Shown here: positions 14,601-24,943 of the stretch, in pieces
Layout: each line of letters starts with the position of its first letter
Numbering within the stretch: the first letter of the stretch is position 1
Assembly (NCBI GenBank): GCA_001643675.2
Contig: LSRY02000077.1
Coordinates: 34,983-98,982 of the forward strand
Source: Monocercomonoides exilis PA203
Lineage: Eukaryota; Protista; Preaxostyla
DNA: 64,000 nt
Direction of reading: 5' to 3'
The notes under the pieces: model-generated
Database searches by the model: none
The model's input: the letters and a program-made list of their open reading frames with translations, nothing else
What the model was told of the DNA's origin: nothing
Made by a program: the position numbers and the translations under genes

Positions 14601-17600
14601 GGCGGACTGTATATTTTCTTACACTCAAATGAAGAACCTTTTGGAGGAGTGGAGTTTCCCAAGAAGAAGGAGAACTTTGTGATTGAAGGCAACTGCAATG
14701 CTCATGAAGGGAAAGGAATATTTCTTGACGTGAGCGATCTTTCAGCCACAGTCAAGAAAGAGAACTTTGCCTTTGCTGAGCTGATTGATAAGGCACAGAG
14801 GGAGTCATTGCTGTACGGAAGAGATGATAGCGTATTCACCGACAAGCCAATTGATTTGTACTCATTCCTGTTGGATGAATATTTCAGCGACGTAATCTTT
14901 TTGAAAGGAGAGAATGTGGATGCACAACAAGCACTCACATCTTCGCAAGCTTCGTTTGCATTCTGCGGACATTTCAATGCTCCGTGCAAGTCATTCGGCG
15001 AAGGAACGAAACATTTTCCAAAGGACTCGCAAAGAAACAGATTAGTCATTGAGAAGAAAGCATTTGCAGAATACACCTATTTTTGGACAAAGTTTGATGA
15101 ACTTTTCGTAAGCGGTGAACCCGAAACATTCTTCAAGAAAACGGATTTAACAGAAAACGAATGTTCTGCAATTGAAGATGATAATCAATATGGCATACTT
15201 GATTTTCCTTCGTCACTCACAACAGAAAACGACTATCAAGCTGTGATGTCTTTTGATTACCCCATCACTTTCTCACATTTGGTTGTCTCGTTTCCACCAT
15301 CGTTCAAAGCAGACACTTCTTTCGGGGGCAATGCTTGCAGAGAAGAAAATCATTCATTCAAAGGCAACCAACAAGCAGGCTTTGTACCGAGAGGTTTGTA
15401 TTTTTGCAATGGCGCTGGAACAAATGGCAAAATCTCCTTTGAATTCTGCACATTCCAGCTATCTTCAGCTCCAACAAGTGAATTGAATTATTATATCATA
15501 TCTTCTACTTCTGGAATGATTTCGTTTAAAGATGTTATATTTGATGGAGCGCAACAAGCAACGAAATATGTATCTGAATCACCAAACATCAATTCCCATG
15601 CCAATGGTGATGAGAAATTTGTACTATTTAATCTGTCTCCGATTCGATTAGGGGGAGACGACATCACTGGAATATTAATAAGCAATTCGTTGTTTTCGCA
15701 CATCTCAATCGCACAGGGACCTCTTTTTTATTTGGAGCGTTTGCAAAGTGCTGTCTTTGAAAACAACATTTTTACGTCCATATGCCGGAATGGTGATGAA
15801 GAGATGGAACCCCCAAAAATTGGCGGAAGCATAATCGATGTTGTCGAGCAGAAAGCAGAATATTTTATTACTATAAGCGGAACGCAATTTTCTCAATGTA
15901 CATCTCCTCTTTCAAAACAAGGTGGTGCAATTTCAATTGAATCACCAAAGAGTTACGTTGGAAATATTCTAAAGATCGACAAAGGATCATCGTTTGAGAA
16001 ATGCGCATGCAACAAAGACGAAGGAAGAGGCGGAGCCATCTCGTTTTATTATTCAGCTTTGCAAGATGTAACTTTTAGCAAATTGCAATTTGAAGATACA
16101 AACGAAGCGAAAATCGGAAAGAACATTTGGGTTGGATTTTCTACTTTTGACATGAACAAATTACGAAATGCGTTTTACGGTCTGAGAAAGTTTGACAGAT
16201 ACGAAGGAGCAGAAAACGAATATGCGATTAGCATTGAAGGAGCTGAAGCACTGGAGACAGATTTAATTCCTATTTTGAATCTCAATAGGATGACAGTGGC
16301 GTATGTATCGAATGACGGGAACGACGATTCTGAATTGTGTGGAATAAAAGTGCTGCCATGCAAAACAGTTATGAAGGCTCATTCAGTGCTTTCACACAGC
16401 ATTGAAGACAGATACTCGACGCTGAAATTGCTGAGCCGAACAGTTCTTTCGGAGAATATTGTTGCGAGACAACAAATAGTTACTGTTATCGAATCTGCCG
16501 ACGAGCGCAGGAAAGAAATTGCGGAGATCCCAGCAAACATGAACAGATTCGGGGCTGAGTTTCAAGTGGTCAATATTCTCCTTGTCAGAAACATAGAATT
16601 CATTTGTGGAGCAAAGAATGAAAACAGCAACGATAGCAAAGCAACATATTCATCAAAAGAAGTCGAGAATGATAATGAAATGCTTATCCAGTCATATTAT
16701 GACGCTGCCTTTTTGATTCACAACATTCAAGATGCGAAATTAGCAAGACTATCGCTGGTAAGCTGCACTTTTACAGCAGGCGCTGATATGATTAAGATAA
16801 AGAACAATTTGATATGTGTGGATGGAGGAGAGCTTGATATGGATGATGTTTTGTTTGATGGAATGGGTTTGGATTGCAATTCAGCAATATGCGTTGCATA
16901 TGGCGGGGAAGTCGCACTCACTGGCGTTACGATAAAGAATTGTGTTTTCGTTAAGTATGTTATTGGATTGTATCCAAATAGCAGATGCAAACTTTTGAGG
17001 TGCCTGTTTTCTTCGTTATTGCTAACATACAATTCTGTTGTCGAAACTTTCGTTGAGCAAAATGCAAACAAGGATGCAGAGGAAAAACATAATATTGAAT
17101 TTGACGATTGCGAATGGAGAAATATCACAGGATATTCTTGTTTGAGCTATTCAAGCAAGAGCAGAAATGGAGAAATAAAACTGACGAAATGTTCATTCTC
17201 TTATTGCGATTCTAAGATGAGATATGGTATCATTTTTATTTCATCTTATCAGACAAACATTATTACATTGAATAGAATTACGATGTTTAATTGCTTATGC
17301 AATGTTGGAGGAGCTGTGTATATTTCTCTGCTTGAGCAGGACTCACTTGAAAGTCCACCTCTTTTGCAATCACCAGTTTTTTCATCGAAGTTAACAAACG
17401 AGCAACAAGGTAATGAAGAGAGCATAATATTTCATAATTGTTTGTTCATTGGAAATATCAGTGATTCCCTTGTTTGCCATGTGTGCTTATGTGATTCAAG
17501 AAAAGACTTCATTAAAAATACAGTATTTGACGATTTGTGCTACAGTAGCTCGAAAACAGAATCAGTTTATCTGGATGTGAAAGTAGACCCATCGCAAAGC

Positions 17601-20246
17601 GGATGGAAAGACAATTGGATGCAATATGACACATTAGAACGATTTGTGGACGAAAAGAAGGGGGCTGACTCAGAAGGGTGTGGGAGAACGAAGGCTAATC
17701 CGTGCAAGACAATTGGATCAGCTATTGATGAAAGCTCAAATCTTTCTCAAAAGAAGTTAATTTTGATGGGAAAAGAATTCATTCTCAAAAGCACACTCCA
17801 CACGAAGGAGAGCATTATTGAAATATTCTCGTTGCCTGCAAACGAAATGGAAGCTGAGAGCAAAACGAGAATTTTGGGAGAATCAAATGAAAATGACTTT
17901 GCAATGTTCGACATATCAAGCGGTGGGAAAATGCATTTCAAAGATCTGTGCTTAGTGAACGACGCTGACAAAATTACAGGAGCAGGGGTATCGAAGATCA
18001 TCTCGTTGACAGACGAAGGCGAAGAGGTCAGTCTTGAGTCATGCGACATTTCTGGGGAAAATACAAAAGAAAAAGTGCTCACAACAATTCTTGTACATAT
18101 TTCATGTGGAACACTCAAAATGTCTTCTGTGAACGTGCGTTTTGATGGTGGAGATACAACACGTCCTGCGATTGTTTGCGAAGAATGCGTTAAGTCCATC
18201 ATATGGTCAGGCGGATCAATGACAGATGTGAACAAAAAAGGAGACACAGTGCAAAGAGGAAGTGCACTTTATATTGACGGGAGAAATGCAAAGTCTATCA
18301 TATCGGTGTCTTTGAAGAACATCATATTTGATAACTGCGTTACAAGCGAAAGCGACTGTGGAGGAGCAGTTACACTTTTTGTTGCAGATAACAAGAGCTT
18401 AACTGTTCTTCATTCTTTGAAGTTTAAAAAATGCGGTTCGGATGATGAGGCAAAAGGAAAAGGAGGAGGATTATACGTTTCATTTGAAGAATTTACTTCA
18501 AGCAATTTTCCAATTTCGTTCAATTTAATTTCATTCGAAGATTGTTCAGCTGCTGTTGGGAAGGATTTGGCGATTCAAAACGAGAAAGGGATGGACGGAA
18601 TAACTTCCAGCTTATTTAACGTCGATTTTGAAGAGTTGTACCACAAAGAAAATTTATTTGTTGTTATCGATGGAGCTGGAAAGGCACACGATTTGCTGAG
18701 CGGCCCTGATGCTTTGCCTTATTCATCAAGTAAGATTTATATGTCTTACAGCACTGGCACAAATAAGAATGACTGTGGAATGCAGAATTGGGAATGCAAG
18801 ACCATCGAATATGGTATACAGAAGCTGTCGCAAAATGAAGACAACGAGTGCTTCTTGATTTTGGAGACAGACACAGAGCTGGATGCGCTTTGCAGGTTTG
18901 TCAAAGGGATGACTTTGCAAGCATCTGAAGAAGCTGAGCGAAAAGTCATCAAAGTTGCAAATATTGATCAGAAGGCAAGGTCACATGTATTTTATGCTGA
19001 GGCGACTGGGAAAATGAAAGATTTGGCAATAGAGTATACGAATGAAGTGATATTTTATTGTAAATCTCTTATAACGATCACCAGTGCTCATTTCTCGATG
19101 ATTCGCATAAGTATCCTTCCGACAGGAGAGATTAATAATCTCCGTTCAGCATCTTTGCTTGATGTTTCTAAATCAAACATGCTACTGAATGACTGCCAGT
19201 TCGCGGGATTGAAGCAAGAAAGCTACGAAAGCGCTTTTGTCAGGCAATTAGCTGAAAATAAAAATAAAATAGAAACAGAAAATAATAAAATGAAAAACAA
19301 AAGTCTTTTTGATACAAATATGGACGAGTGCGCTTGGAGTGAAGGGCAAGTCTCATTTCAAAATTCAGATGTTACTCTGAACAATGTGACAATTGAAAGA
19401 TCATACCAATCCGGCGGACTTTCACTCATTCAATGCGGTGCCGTGAGATTGAGGGACTGTCTGTTCCGAGAAAATGGTGCTGATATCTCGTCGAATCCTT
19501 CTTTCCCTTCGATCAGACGAAACATCATGTGCGAGGCCAGTAGTCAGGTTCATTCTTCAGTCGAACTTGAGAGCTTGCAGGACGAAAGCGACGGGAAGAA
19601 AGAAGGGACGATGCTGTGGATGTACAATTCAGCATCTGATTTGGCTTGCCACGTCAGCGGAAAGGTTGCGTATTCGATGAAATCTTTGCTTTTCACGCCT
19701 TCGATTGAATCTGTTGAAGCGAAAGAAGAAGAAAGAAGGCTTCATGTAACTGTAGGAGGAAAATTGCTTCTTCCTTGTTTCTCGTATGTCTGCTTTGTCG
19801 GATATAATGACACAACATGGAGCGAATATGCTGTTGATAATTTAAAACAGGAATCAGAAGACAAGTTTTTATTTAGCATCAATCTTCAATACTTCATAGC
19901 CAAATATTTCACTGTCAAGTTCTATTACAACATAAACAACGAACGAATTTTCATCGAGAGCAATGTACCTTGGAACAACACACACATCGATCCTCCAATC
20001 GTTGGCCCTCAAAATTCTTCAAATGTCCCATTGATTGTTGGCTTGTCTGTTGGCGGAACTGTTGTCGTAATTGCGTCTATTGTGATTATTGTGATCTGCT
20101 GCAGAAAATACAGAAAGAATTCTTCAAAGTATCAATCTATTAATGGAGTGAGCACAAATCTGCCTTCATATTTTCCTCATCATGAAGAATCTGGCGCAAT
20201 TCAATATCAGTCTATCACTTCTTCTCCGAGATCGCTTTATTATTAA
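8625..20246 (+). CDS. Giant (3,873 aa) intronless type I membrane/surface protein with repeated beta-helix-like GG(A/G)I/L modules and Cys-rich CG..PCK(T/S) modules
   Basis: Open 11.6-kb ORF with first ATG at 8625 and a signal peptide (MRWSFIFVIYYVCLA). It has many GGAL/GGAI/GGGL motifs and repeated CG-x(4-5)-PC motifs, one C-terminal TM (VPLIVGLSVGGTVVVIASIVIIVICC-RKYRK), and a short tail with two YQSI motifs. Confidence 0.85.
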   Translation: MRWSFIFVIYYVCLAEDVTDAYVSDDGNGFCTSEAQPCKTFEEALAAMDEWNNHKLTINVVGYITLHRDVILHALESGMEICSSSNSLSKIILPEVIKHEGSNYYPIQNEGFLALRNIDINQQPVMYDEEKRKKNGVLHSRYYFSMTDCKLSFNNPDDAVIETCNFCVEGQFTLSRLTIDKANGHTFSRSMFESSINYCQTIDITNCVFSDMTFKQGRFISLESETISVTNCSFKNVTSLGRWTSIILNSCTDKNSQLTLMIDNMTVENVNAPNAEEGGGMAIGLDPGSLLTVKGSQTLFKSCGCDTTKTGKGGGIYVEGDLDVELMFEKEIKFDDNHAFLGTNIFIFNMSLETVVQKDHFLFAADDNGVFSWKENELMGTKYSPKTQFIEDFYDYSAEDEILNLFMFLSGLKSRNIYLSQNGKDHIYCGLTVYPCESIAFSTSQFDIKNTNSKTLHLPAYKTTHLSKAVLLEKELSSVAFSVAGVFSQSNNEQMAEINIMQSIEALSDAERGSVNCHCTTSFHSIQFDLPDKFISTAVLPTSVISWMFDSHSAYLFLDKCSICAPENVLKPLEYRFLCGEGGSVKIVDTQMIGKDESKITTRWEESPFLISKMSGDLTISGLTMERIEVIDGACVSVTSGGESSELKVSIANSSFKSITSTCGREGGALSIKLNEENAAFQLKGNDATSFTSCAAEGCQSKGGGLFLEMTGENSLFQVPKSSSFVVFGKGNRATFGTGMYFVWDNLQTKKEDLTPLGEGLTAAENVVAVCDRGAMEKELDLFVYLKVVDDAAKSDEVYAGKSDRAELCLVAEYPCHLVSSAMKRFAADDKQKRIIVCGEVEIETDLTWGSTTNKEIVISSLPFNEELTRNVNQSHFTNAQSSRKSQKNNQFERSRMVLTANAAVKAQGDAAVKNTHTLTIEHITFLINEMKRDFHPSCLISSDNAMTVSMLQSTDRENVSELSSQSDCSVSLTDVYVLGDVGTERVTTLNSLLEINSGSLLISGLQISTQFTFAKSPISLADLLILAKITALKIGTEASSSPSAAFGDNNDNYLIVQEGPLIEINRNTINMNGDFSFIESANGPALINIGRDGHAIVSNSHIKRCLNGAASDGKGGVFGVSLIGELVLRNTTFESCGMKGEGGWGGAIYVTGSAELELHSCIIKDCFTGKGGKGCGGGLFIDKDLSEFVSEDTIISGCTTYGGCGGGIYANAKAEGNLVQAQIKMTFEGNGREEEDATAKGKDIFISDTHATEMTAEANPFYLCGTSEVGRKVYYSNLAIEPAVEKEEEGWLGYDIRKRKVNTNEGTTDANCGLSNEQPCKTIKTAIDLFPTQVGAGDDAEKTVELSEESDESEKETILVSKKKVAIEGKLREDRRIASIIITNLEVAGTLFAIDTDGTLNLKDVQITHNSKHEENCQSSLFQVNEGSQRANLILQNIQISTEAVYSLNKHFTASLIKSYSGKVRISDISISTFGLEQPAISIVGATSSLVIGGNTTLKFISQPTTDSPAGILINTGDEPIDVAIEGISIVDANAPASTKGGGICVFLSDESSSFHLCHEEAISSKEKVTLSGCRVSGEAGKGGCIFLSMKQSVDVKFPKYKANILFDSEGDVKSDAFKGKYLFFEAKSLLNCINNEKFGFLIEDYETYGDWPNLIGLDEAEFVNEEIELFRLIFATAENVIKINAKDGKDVTWCGGERNCKSFSYGVSRLDFESANPSLFLLGSNPFPVSEQLVCKGSEGNLKICGDSSSDAKANLVFAAEFSLSAKEDDSKESCILFESGTELENIIASVPEMFMTDDLEQPQAIFELRGTSGCLKLNKVTFTQRDSKTERELFGSHILRKDLSMKTIHSTTDLGSEYRLVLINDGSAEFVEVKLEKPETKDFLLFQSSPFFFSVSSGGHCTLSSCTFSGIKITVEREAVVEMKSCEGATNGATFTIRKCTFTECVSSKGVEGGALSIKSSLDTSRIRFLDDGPTSFANCQAEENEGRGGGLYIFLHSNEEPFGGVEFPKKKENFVIEGNCNAHEGKGIFLDVSDLSATVKKENFAFAELIDKAQRESLLYGRDDSVFTDKPIDLYSFLLDEYFSDVIFLKGENVDAQQALTSSQASFAFCGHFNAPCKSFGEGTKHFPKDSQRNRLVIEKKAFAEYTYFWTKFDELFVSGEPETFFKKTDLTENECSAIEDDNQYGILDFPSSLTTENDYQAVMSFDYPITFSHLVVSFPPSFKADTSFGGNACREENHSFKGNQQAGFVPRGLYFCNGAGTNGKISFEFCTFQLSSAPTSELNYYIISSTSGMISFKDVIFDGAQQATKYVSESPNINSHANGDEKFVLFNLSPIRLGGDDITGILISNSLFSHISIAQGPLFYLERLQSAVFENNIFTSICRNGDEEMEPPKIGGSIIDVVEQKAEYFITISGTQFSQCTSPLSKQGGAISIESPKSYVGNILKIDKGSSFEKCACNKDEGRGGAISFYYSALQDVTFSKLQFEDTNEAKIGKNIWVGFSTFDMNKLRNAFYGLRKFDRYEGAENEYAISIEGAEALETDLIPILNLNRMTVAYVSNDGNDDSELCGIKVLPCKTVMKAHSVLSHSIEDRYSTLKLLSRTVLSENIVARQQIVTVIESADERRKEIAEIPANMNRFGAEFQVVNILLVRNIEFICGAKNENSNDSKATYSSKEVENDNEMLIQSYYDAAFLIHNIQDAKLARLSLVSCTFTAGADMIKIKNNLICVDGGELDMDDVLFDGMGLDCNSAICVAYGGEVALTGVTIKNCVFVKYVIGLYPNSRCKLLRCLFSSLLLTYNSVVETFVEQNANKDAEEKHNIEFDDCEWRNITGYSCLSYSSKSRNGEIKLTKCSFSYCDSKMRYGIIFISSYQTNIITLNRITMFNCLCNVGGAVYISLLEQDSLESPPLLQSPVFSSKLTNEQQGNEESIIFHNCLFIGNISDSLVCHVCLCDSRKDFIKNTVFDDLCYSSSKTESVYLDVKVDPSQSGWKDNWMQYDTLERFVDEKKGADSEGCGRTKANPCKTIGSAIDESSNLSQKKLILMGKEFILKSTLHTKESIIEIFSLPANEMEAESKTRILGESNENDFAMFDISSGGKMHFKDLCLVNDADKITGAGVSKIISLTDEGEEVSLESCDISGENTKEKVLTTILVHISCGTLKMSSVNVRFDGGDTTRPAIVCEECVKSIIWSGGSMTDVNKKGDTVQRGSALYIDGRNAKSIISVSLKNIIFDNCVTSESDCGGAVTLFVADNKSLTVLHSLKFKKCGSDDEAKGKGGGLYVSFEEFTSSNFPISFNLISFEDCSAAVGKDLAIQNEKGMDGITSSLFNVDFEELYHKENLFVVIDGAGKAHDLLSGPDALPYSSSKIYMSYSTGTNKNDCGMQNWECKTIEYGIQKLSQNEDNECFLILETDTELDALCRFVKGMTLQASEEAERKVIKVANIDQKARSHVFYAEATGKMKDLAIEYTNEVIFYCKSLITITSAHFSMIRISILPTGEINNLRSASLLDVSKSNMLLNDCQFAGLKQESYESAFVRQLAENKNKIETENNKMKNKSLFDTNMDECAWSEGQVSFQNSDVTLNNVTIERSYQSGGLSLIQCGAVRLRDCLFRENGADISSNPSFPSIRRNIMCEASSQVHSSVELESLQDESDGKKEGTMLWMYNSASDLACHVSGKVAYSMKSLLFTPSIESVEAKEEERRLHVTVGGKLLLPCFSYVCFVGYNDTTWSEYAVDNLKQESEDKFLFSINLQYFIAKYFTVKFYYNINNERIFIESNVPWNNTHIDPPIVGPQNSSNVPLIVGLSVGGTVVVIASIVIIVICCRKYRKNSSKYQSINGVSTNLPSYFPHHEESGAIQYQSITSSPRSLYY

Positions 20247-21401
20247 TTTACATATTCCTAAAGATTCATCTGCCATTTTTTATTTTTCCTTTCCATTTTG
20301 TTTGTGTTTTTTTGCTAAGTTTAATGCTGTATTGACAAATTACTTTTTAAGAGTATGTTCAGAATTTTATAGAAAAGTTTGAATGAGTGAAAATTTTTTT
20401 TTGATCTTTCATTACCATTTTTGTTTCATCGGTAAAAGTTATGGAGAATGATTCAACAAGTTTTCGAATAATTTTCTGAACTTTCTTTTTCATTGCATAC
20501 TTTTTTTATGTTATATGTGAGCTTTTCTCACGATTTGGAACTTTTTTTCTGCTTGATAATTTTTTGACTCGCAAAAGGAAAATTTATACAAAAGTTAAAT
20601 TGAAAATTTATAAGTAATGAATCATTTATTTACTTGAAAAGTGATAATTTTTTGTTTGATTTTTGTTTTTGCATTTTCAATCACTTTATTTCAAGATAAA
20701 TTATCGAATGAATTTTATTTTTTGTTTTTTGAATAATTTTTTTAAAAATTGGATCTCACAAAATTAACGTAAAAGTTGATTTTTTTCACCACAGCAATGG
20801 ACTTTCTGAATCATAAAACAAATAGAAAAACAAACATTCACTTTACACAATCCATCATGATTTCATTCAAAATAACTTGAATTGCAACTGCTATTCAACA
20901 TTTGTGTGAAACTTGTATTTCTTTCAAGAGAATCATTTTCGTTTCAGAGCATTTCAAATATCTTTTAAGTTCGTTGCTTCAAATCCTGATGCAACATAAA
21001 TATTTTATCTGTCCACAGCATCATCTATACACTTTCAAAACATCTGATTAATAATTTTCTATAAAAATATTCTTCAACTTCCTTTCAATTGAAGAACCAT
21101 CAAAAAAAGCACTGCTAATTTTCTATGCAAAGAATGAAATAAACAACAATGTTTAGAAAATTTTGTCATTTTAGTTCAATGTTTGATTCTTTTTTTGTGG
21201 ACGTTTCAGAAAAATAGTGTTCATAAAAGAGGAAATACGTTTTTCCAATCATTCGAAATTCGAACAAATGAAGTATTCAAAATCTGTGAAGTGGAATTGC
21301 AAACATCGAAGTGATTTGAAAAATAAATAAATTAATAAATAAAATGCATCATCAATAAACAATGCTATCTTCTAAATGCTAATGAAAAACATAAAATAAG
21401 T

Positions 21402-22800
21402 CTATAGTTTCAAACAACAATGCAATCCGGTGAAGAAATCTTCATACCCATCTTCTTCCATCTTTTCATACACTTTTCTTTTCATCTCTATTCGTTTTAC
21501 CTCCTCTTCTTTTCCTTTCATTTTGATATTCAATCTTTCGGCAAGTTCTTCAAAAAACGATAGATACATTGGAAACAAATATTGTTCAACATTTGATTGA
21601 ATAAACACCTTCAAAACGCTTTCAACAGTTCAAATTTCAAGCAAAACGCCAATTCCCACTGAACTGTTTTTCACTGCACTAATTTATAATTCCATGCACA
21701 TCTTGCTAATTTCTGTATGATCTCCATTAACTGACCGAAGCACCCAAGAAACGCTTTTGATAAGCCCTTCAAATTCTTCATTCCACAATTTGCATCTGAG
21801 GAAATAAATCGCGAATACTTCAAGCCAACTCATCAATGAAAGCTCTTCTCTCGCTTCCTTTCCTCTTTCCTCTCCCTTTTTTTTGTCCCAATCCACATTC
21901 CTTGTCAGCTCTTCCAATTCCCTTGCTGCTTCTCTCGCTCAATGCAACTCATTCACAATAACTTCTTCCAAGCTATTGTCAACCAAAATCGATAAATCAA
22001 GAACTCCCATGCAGACTGATACGCAAGCCGTGTCATAGTTCGATGCTCCTGATGATATTCAATGATTTTTTTTGATCTCATTCAAATATAATTCTTGTGC
22101 AAAATACTAATGAAAAATGAGAAAAACATAAAAAATAAAATAAAAGTCAGTAAATAAAACGATATGCGCAAAAATTTTTCATACTTCATATCTCCCAATG
22201 CTATTCAAAGCTAATAATGCCATTTCCACTTCTTTTCGAGTCTCTTCGCTTTCCTCTTTCTTCGAGGCAGCTTTCAGAAGGCAAGATACGCAAATTGAAA
22301 GTAATTCAGATGAGAGGTCATAATCAAGAGTTAGATAGCATTCGCAAACATCAACAAGAAGCTTTTCGTTCTTTTCTTCTTTTTTCTTATCTTCTTCAAT
22401 CATGATCTTCTCAAATCTTTAGCTCAACGAAGAATAATTAAATGCGAAATTGATAACGTTATTAAGTACTTTGCAACATCCCGCAAACTTCAATAAATAA
22501 ATAGCATTTTCAAAATTCAATTTCTTGCTTTCAATAATTCTATTTATTTTATCGAACAGTTCCTTTGTGAAAACTGTTTGAAATTCCACATAATTCAATT
22601 TTTCTACAATTTCATTCAACTCTTCGATTTTCTGCATTTGTTCATCTTTTCCTCATTCTTCCAGTTCATGAAACAATTCTTCAAAAGGCATTCAAAAAAT
22701 CAAATATTTTGTTCAGAATGGTTCAAATCAAATAAATGAGCAAACTTGAAAACTGTTCTGTTCTGGCCGTAGCCTGAACTCCTTTTTCACATTTATCATC
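21402..22800 (-). pseudogene. Decayed paralog of the 26778-28244 family
   Basis: Fragments share motifs with the intact gene (EKNEKLLVDVCECY, SELLSICVSCLLK, KEVEMALLALN, EELTRNVDW, YEKMEEDGYED) but are split by stops and frameshifts. Confidence 0.8.
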
Positions 22801-24220
22801 GTCCGATAAACTCATTCTGCTTGTTATAAAAAATCTTCAAAAATCGGGGCGATGCTTGGCAAATAACAAAATAAAAGATAAATGCAAATATAGTTGATAA
22901 TCTTGCAGTCTTAAAATGATCGCAACACAAACTGTACTTTTTTTGCTTTATAAAAAGAAGTGCAAAATAAAGTGCGAAGAAGCCGCAAGTATTGGTTGAA
23001 TGAAAACAGAAAATGGAAATCTTTTGTTTTTTTGATCTAACCAACAAAAAATTTTAGTGAAGAAAAAGTTTTCGATTTTCTTTTTTCGTTTTGCAAATTG
23101 AGTTTGTTTTTTATTGGTATGAAATTGGGTATGCTTATTGCACAGAAATATGCATTTTTAGAAAAAAGAAAAAGAAAAGAAGCAATCAAATTTCATTCAA
23201 GAAATGTATTTTTCGACAATTGACAAACAATATTCAGACTGAAAACAAGGAAAAAAGATGCTTGAATTCTCAATGAATTTTATTTGATATTTTTTCTTGT
23301 TTTTCAATTTTCGTTTTTCATTCAAGATGATTCATAGGATTATCGGGGAAAAAAAAGAATTGTCGATTCAATTCTAAAATCAGTCAAGCAGCAGAAGAAC
23401 ATGGAAAAATGGTTTCATTAAGAAATGAACAAATTATGAAAATTCTTGAAGGTCATCTCCATCATCAAGGATGGCAGGACAAATGATTGGTGGAAAAGCA
23501 ACAATGAATGAAAAAGACATTTTTATAAGTCATTCATCAAAAACCTAGAAGAAATGAATCAGAGAATTCAGCTGCTCAGCCAAAAGAATGAAGAGAGTGG
23601 AAAAGAATTCCAATTCAATGTCCAAATATTTCCATTTGCACACACTTTTCTCTTCTTGGAGCAAACAAGATACTCTTTGCTGGACTTCAACTACCACCAA
23701 ATCTTTTCCCAATGGCTGATGAGAATGAATGCACATCCCTTTTTGAATGTCTCTTCAATCCTTCCATTTTTTCTCTTTGTCAAAAAGCAGCACAGTCATC
23801 AGAAAAAATACCTGTCTTTTCAGTCATTTCTCATCTAACATTCTTTGAATGTTTCATCTGCCGCATAACGTAATTAGTCTTGAACATTTTTGGTCTCTCT
23901 CTATTTTCTACTTGTGTGATGGTGCTGACAATTATCTTATCATCACCCTCACCCCAACCATTCGCATCGATATCAGCTTTTTCAATCTGCGCCCTTCTGT
24001 TGGATATACAAATTAAAAGAAATTGCAAAACCTCTCAATGAATGATACGGACATTTGTGATAATTGAATGAAGGAATTACGTGCAACGTCTTTTTCCTCT
24101 TCTTCTTCTTCCTCTTCCTCTTTCTCTTCCCCTTCATCTTTTTCTTTCTCTTGATAGTGAAATCTTTTCCCTTTCTTTCTTTCTTCTTTGACAACTATTT
24201 CTTTTTCTTCATCTTTCCTT

Positions 24221-24223
24221 CTT

Positions 24224-24265
<42 letters not shown>
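24221..24265. repeat. (CTTTCA)n hexamer microsatellite
   Basis: About 7 tandem copies seen directly. Confidence 0.85.
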
Positions 24266-24267
<2 letters not shown>

Positions 24268-24432
24268 TCTTTTTCATTCTCGTTCTCGTCTCGTTTTCGT
24301 CTCGTTCTCTTCTTTCTCCCTTCCCGTTTTCATTACTTGTCTGTATTTTTGCATAAGTTGGGGTGAAATACCGCTTGCAATTGATTCAATTCTATTCAGA
24401 ATATGGAATTCCATTCATCTTTGGACAAATGT

Positions 24433-24525
24433 GAAGAAGAAGAAGAAGAAGGTGAAGAAGAAGAAGAAGAAGAAGAAGAAGAAGAAGAAGAAGAAGAAGA
24501 AGAAGAAGAAGAAGAAGAAGAAGAA
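24433..24525. repeat. (GAA)n microsatellite
   Basis: Near-perfect GAA run with one interruption. Confidence 0.9.
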
Positions 24526-24879
24526 TGAGAAGGGGAAGAATAAGTTAAATTAGAAGAAGCAGAAGAGGAGGAGGAAGAAGAAGGAAGAATTGAAGGTATT
24601 GAATGACGAATAAGTTGTTGAGAAGTTAATAATAAGAATGAGAAAAGGAAGAATGCGAAGATTCCATCATCATCTTTCACGAAAGGTTGGATTGTCTAAT
24701 CGAAGAAAAGGATGATGAAGTTGTTACTAATGCAGATGTTGATGATGATTATGCTTTTTCATTTTCTTCATTTCCTTTTTTCCCATCTTTTCCATCCTTT
24801 CCTTTTTTCTTATCTTTTTCTTTATACCCCTTGCTCTCATTCTCACAGAGCACTGATGCTTTTAGGAGTTTTTTTTTTT

Positions 24880-24884
<5 letters not shown>

Positions 24885-24938
<54 letters not shown>
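24885..24938. repeat. (GT)27 microsatellite
   Basis: Perfect dinucleotide run. Confidence 0.95.

Positions 24939-24943
<5 letters not shown>

Noticed and set aside
9221-19680. Many short ORFs antisense to or overlapping the giant gene
   Set aside because: They are shadow ORFs of a long coding sequence.
3025-20246. Functional clustering of the NAK kinase with a YxxPhi-tailed membrane protein
   Set aside because: Adjacency alone is not evidence of a shared pathway in a eukaryotic genome.
8625-20246. Non-standard genetic code (TAA/TAG = Gln) as in some oxymonads
   Set aside because: The 11.6-kb ORF has no internal TAA or TAG and ends in TAA, so the standard code fits.
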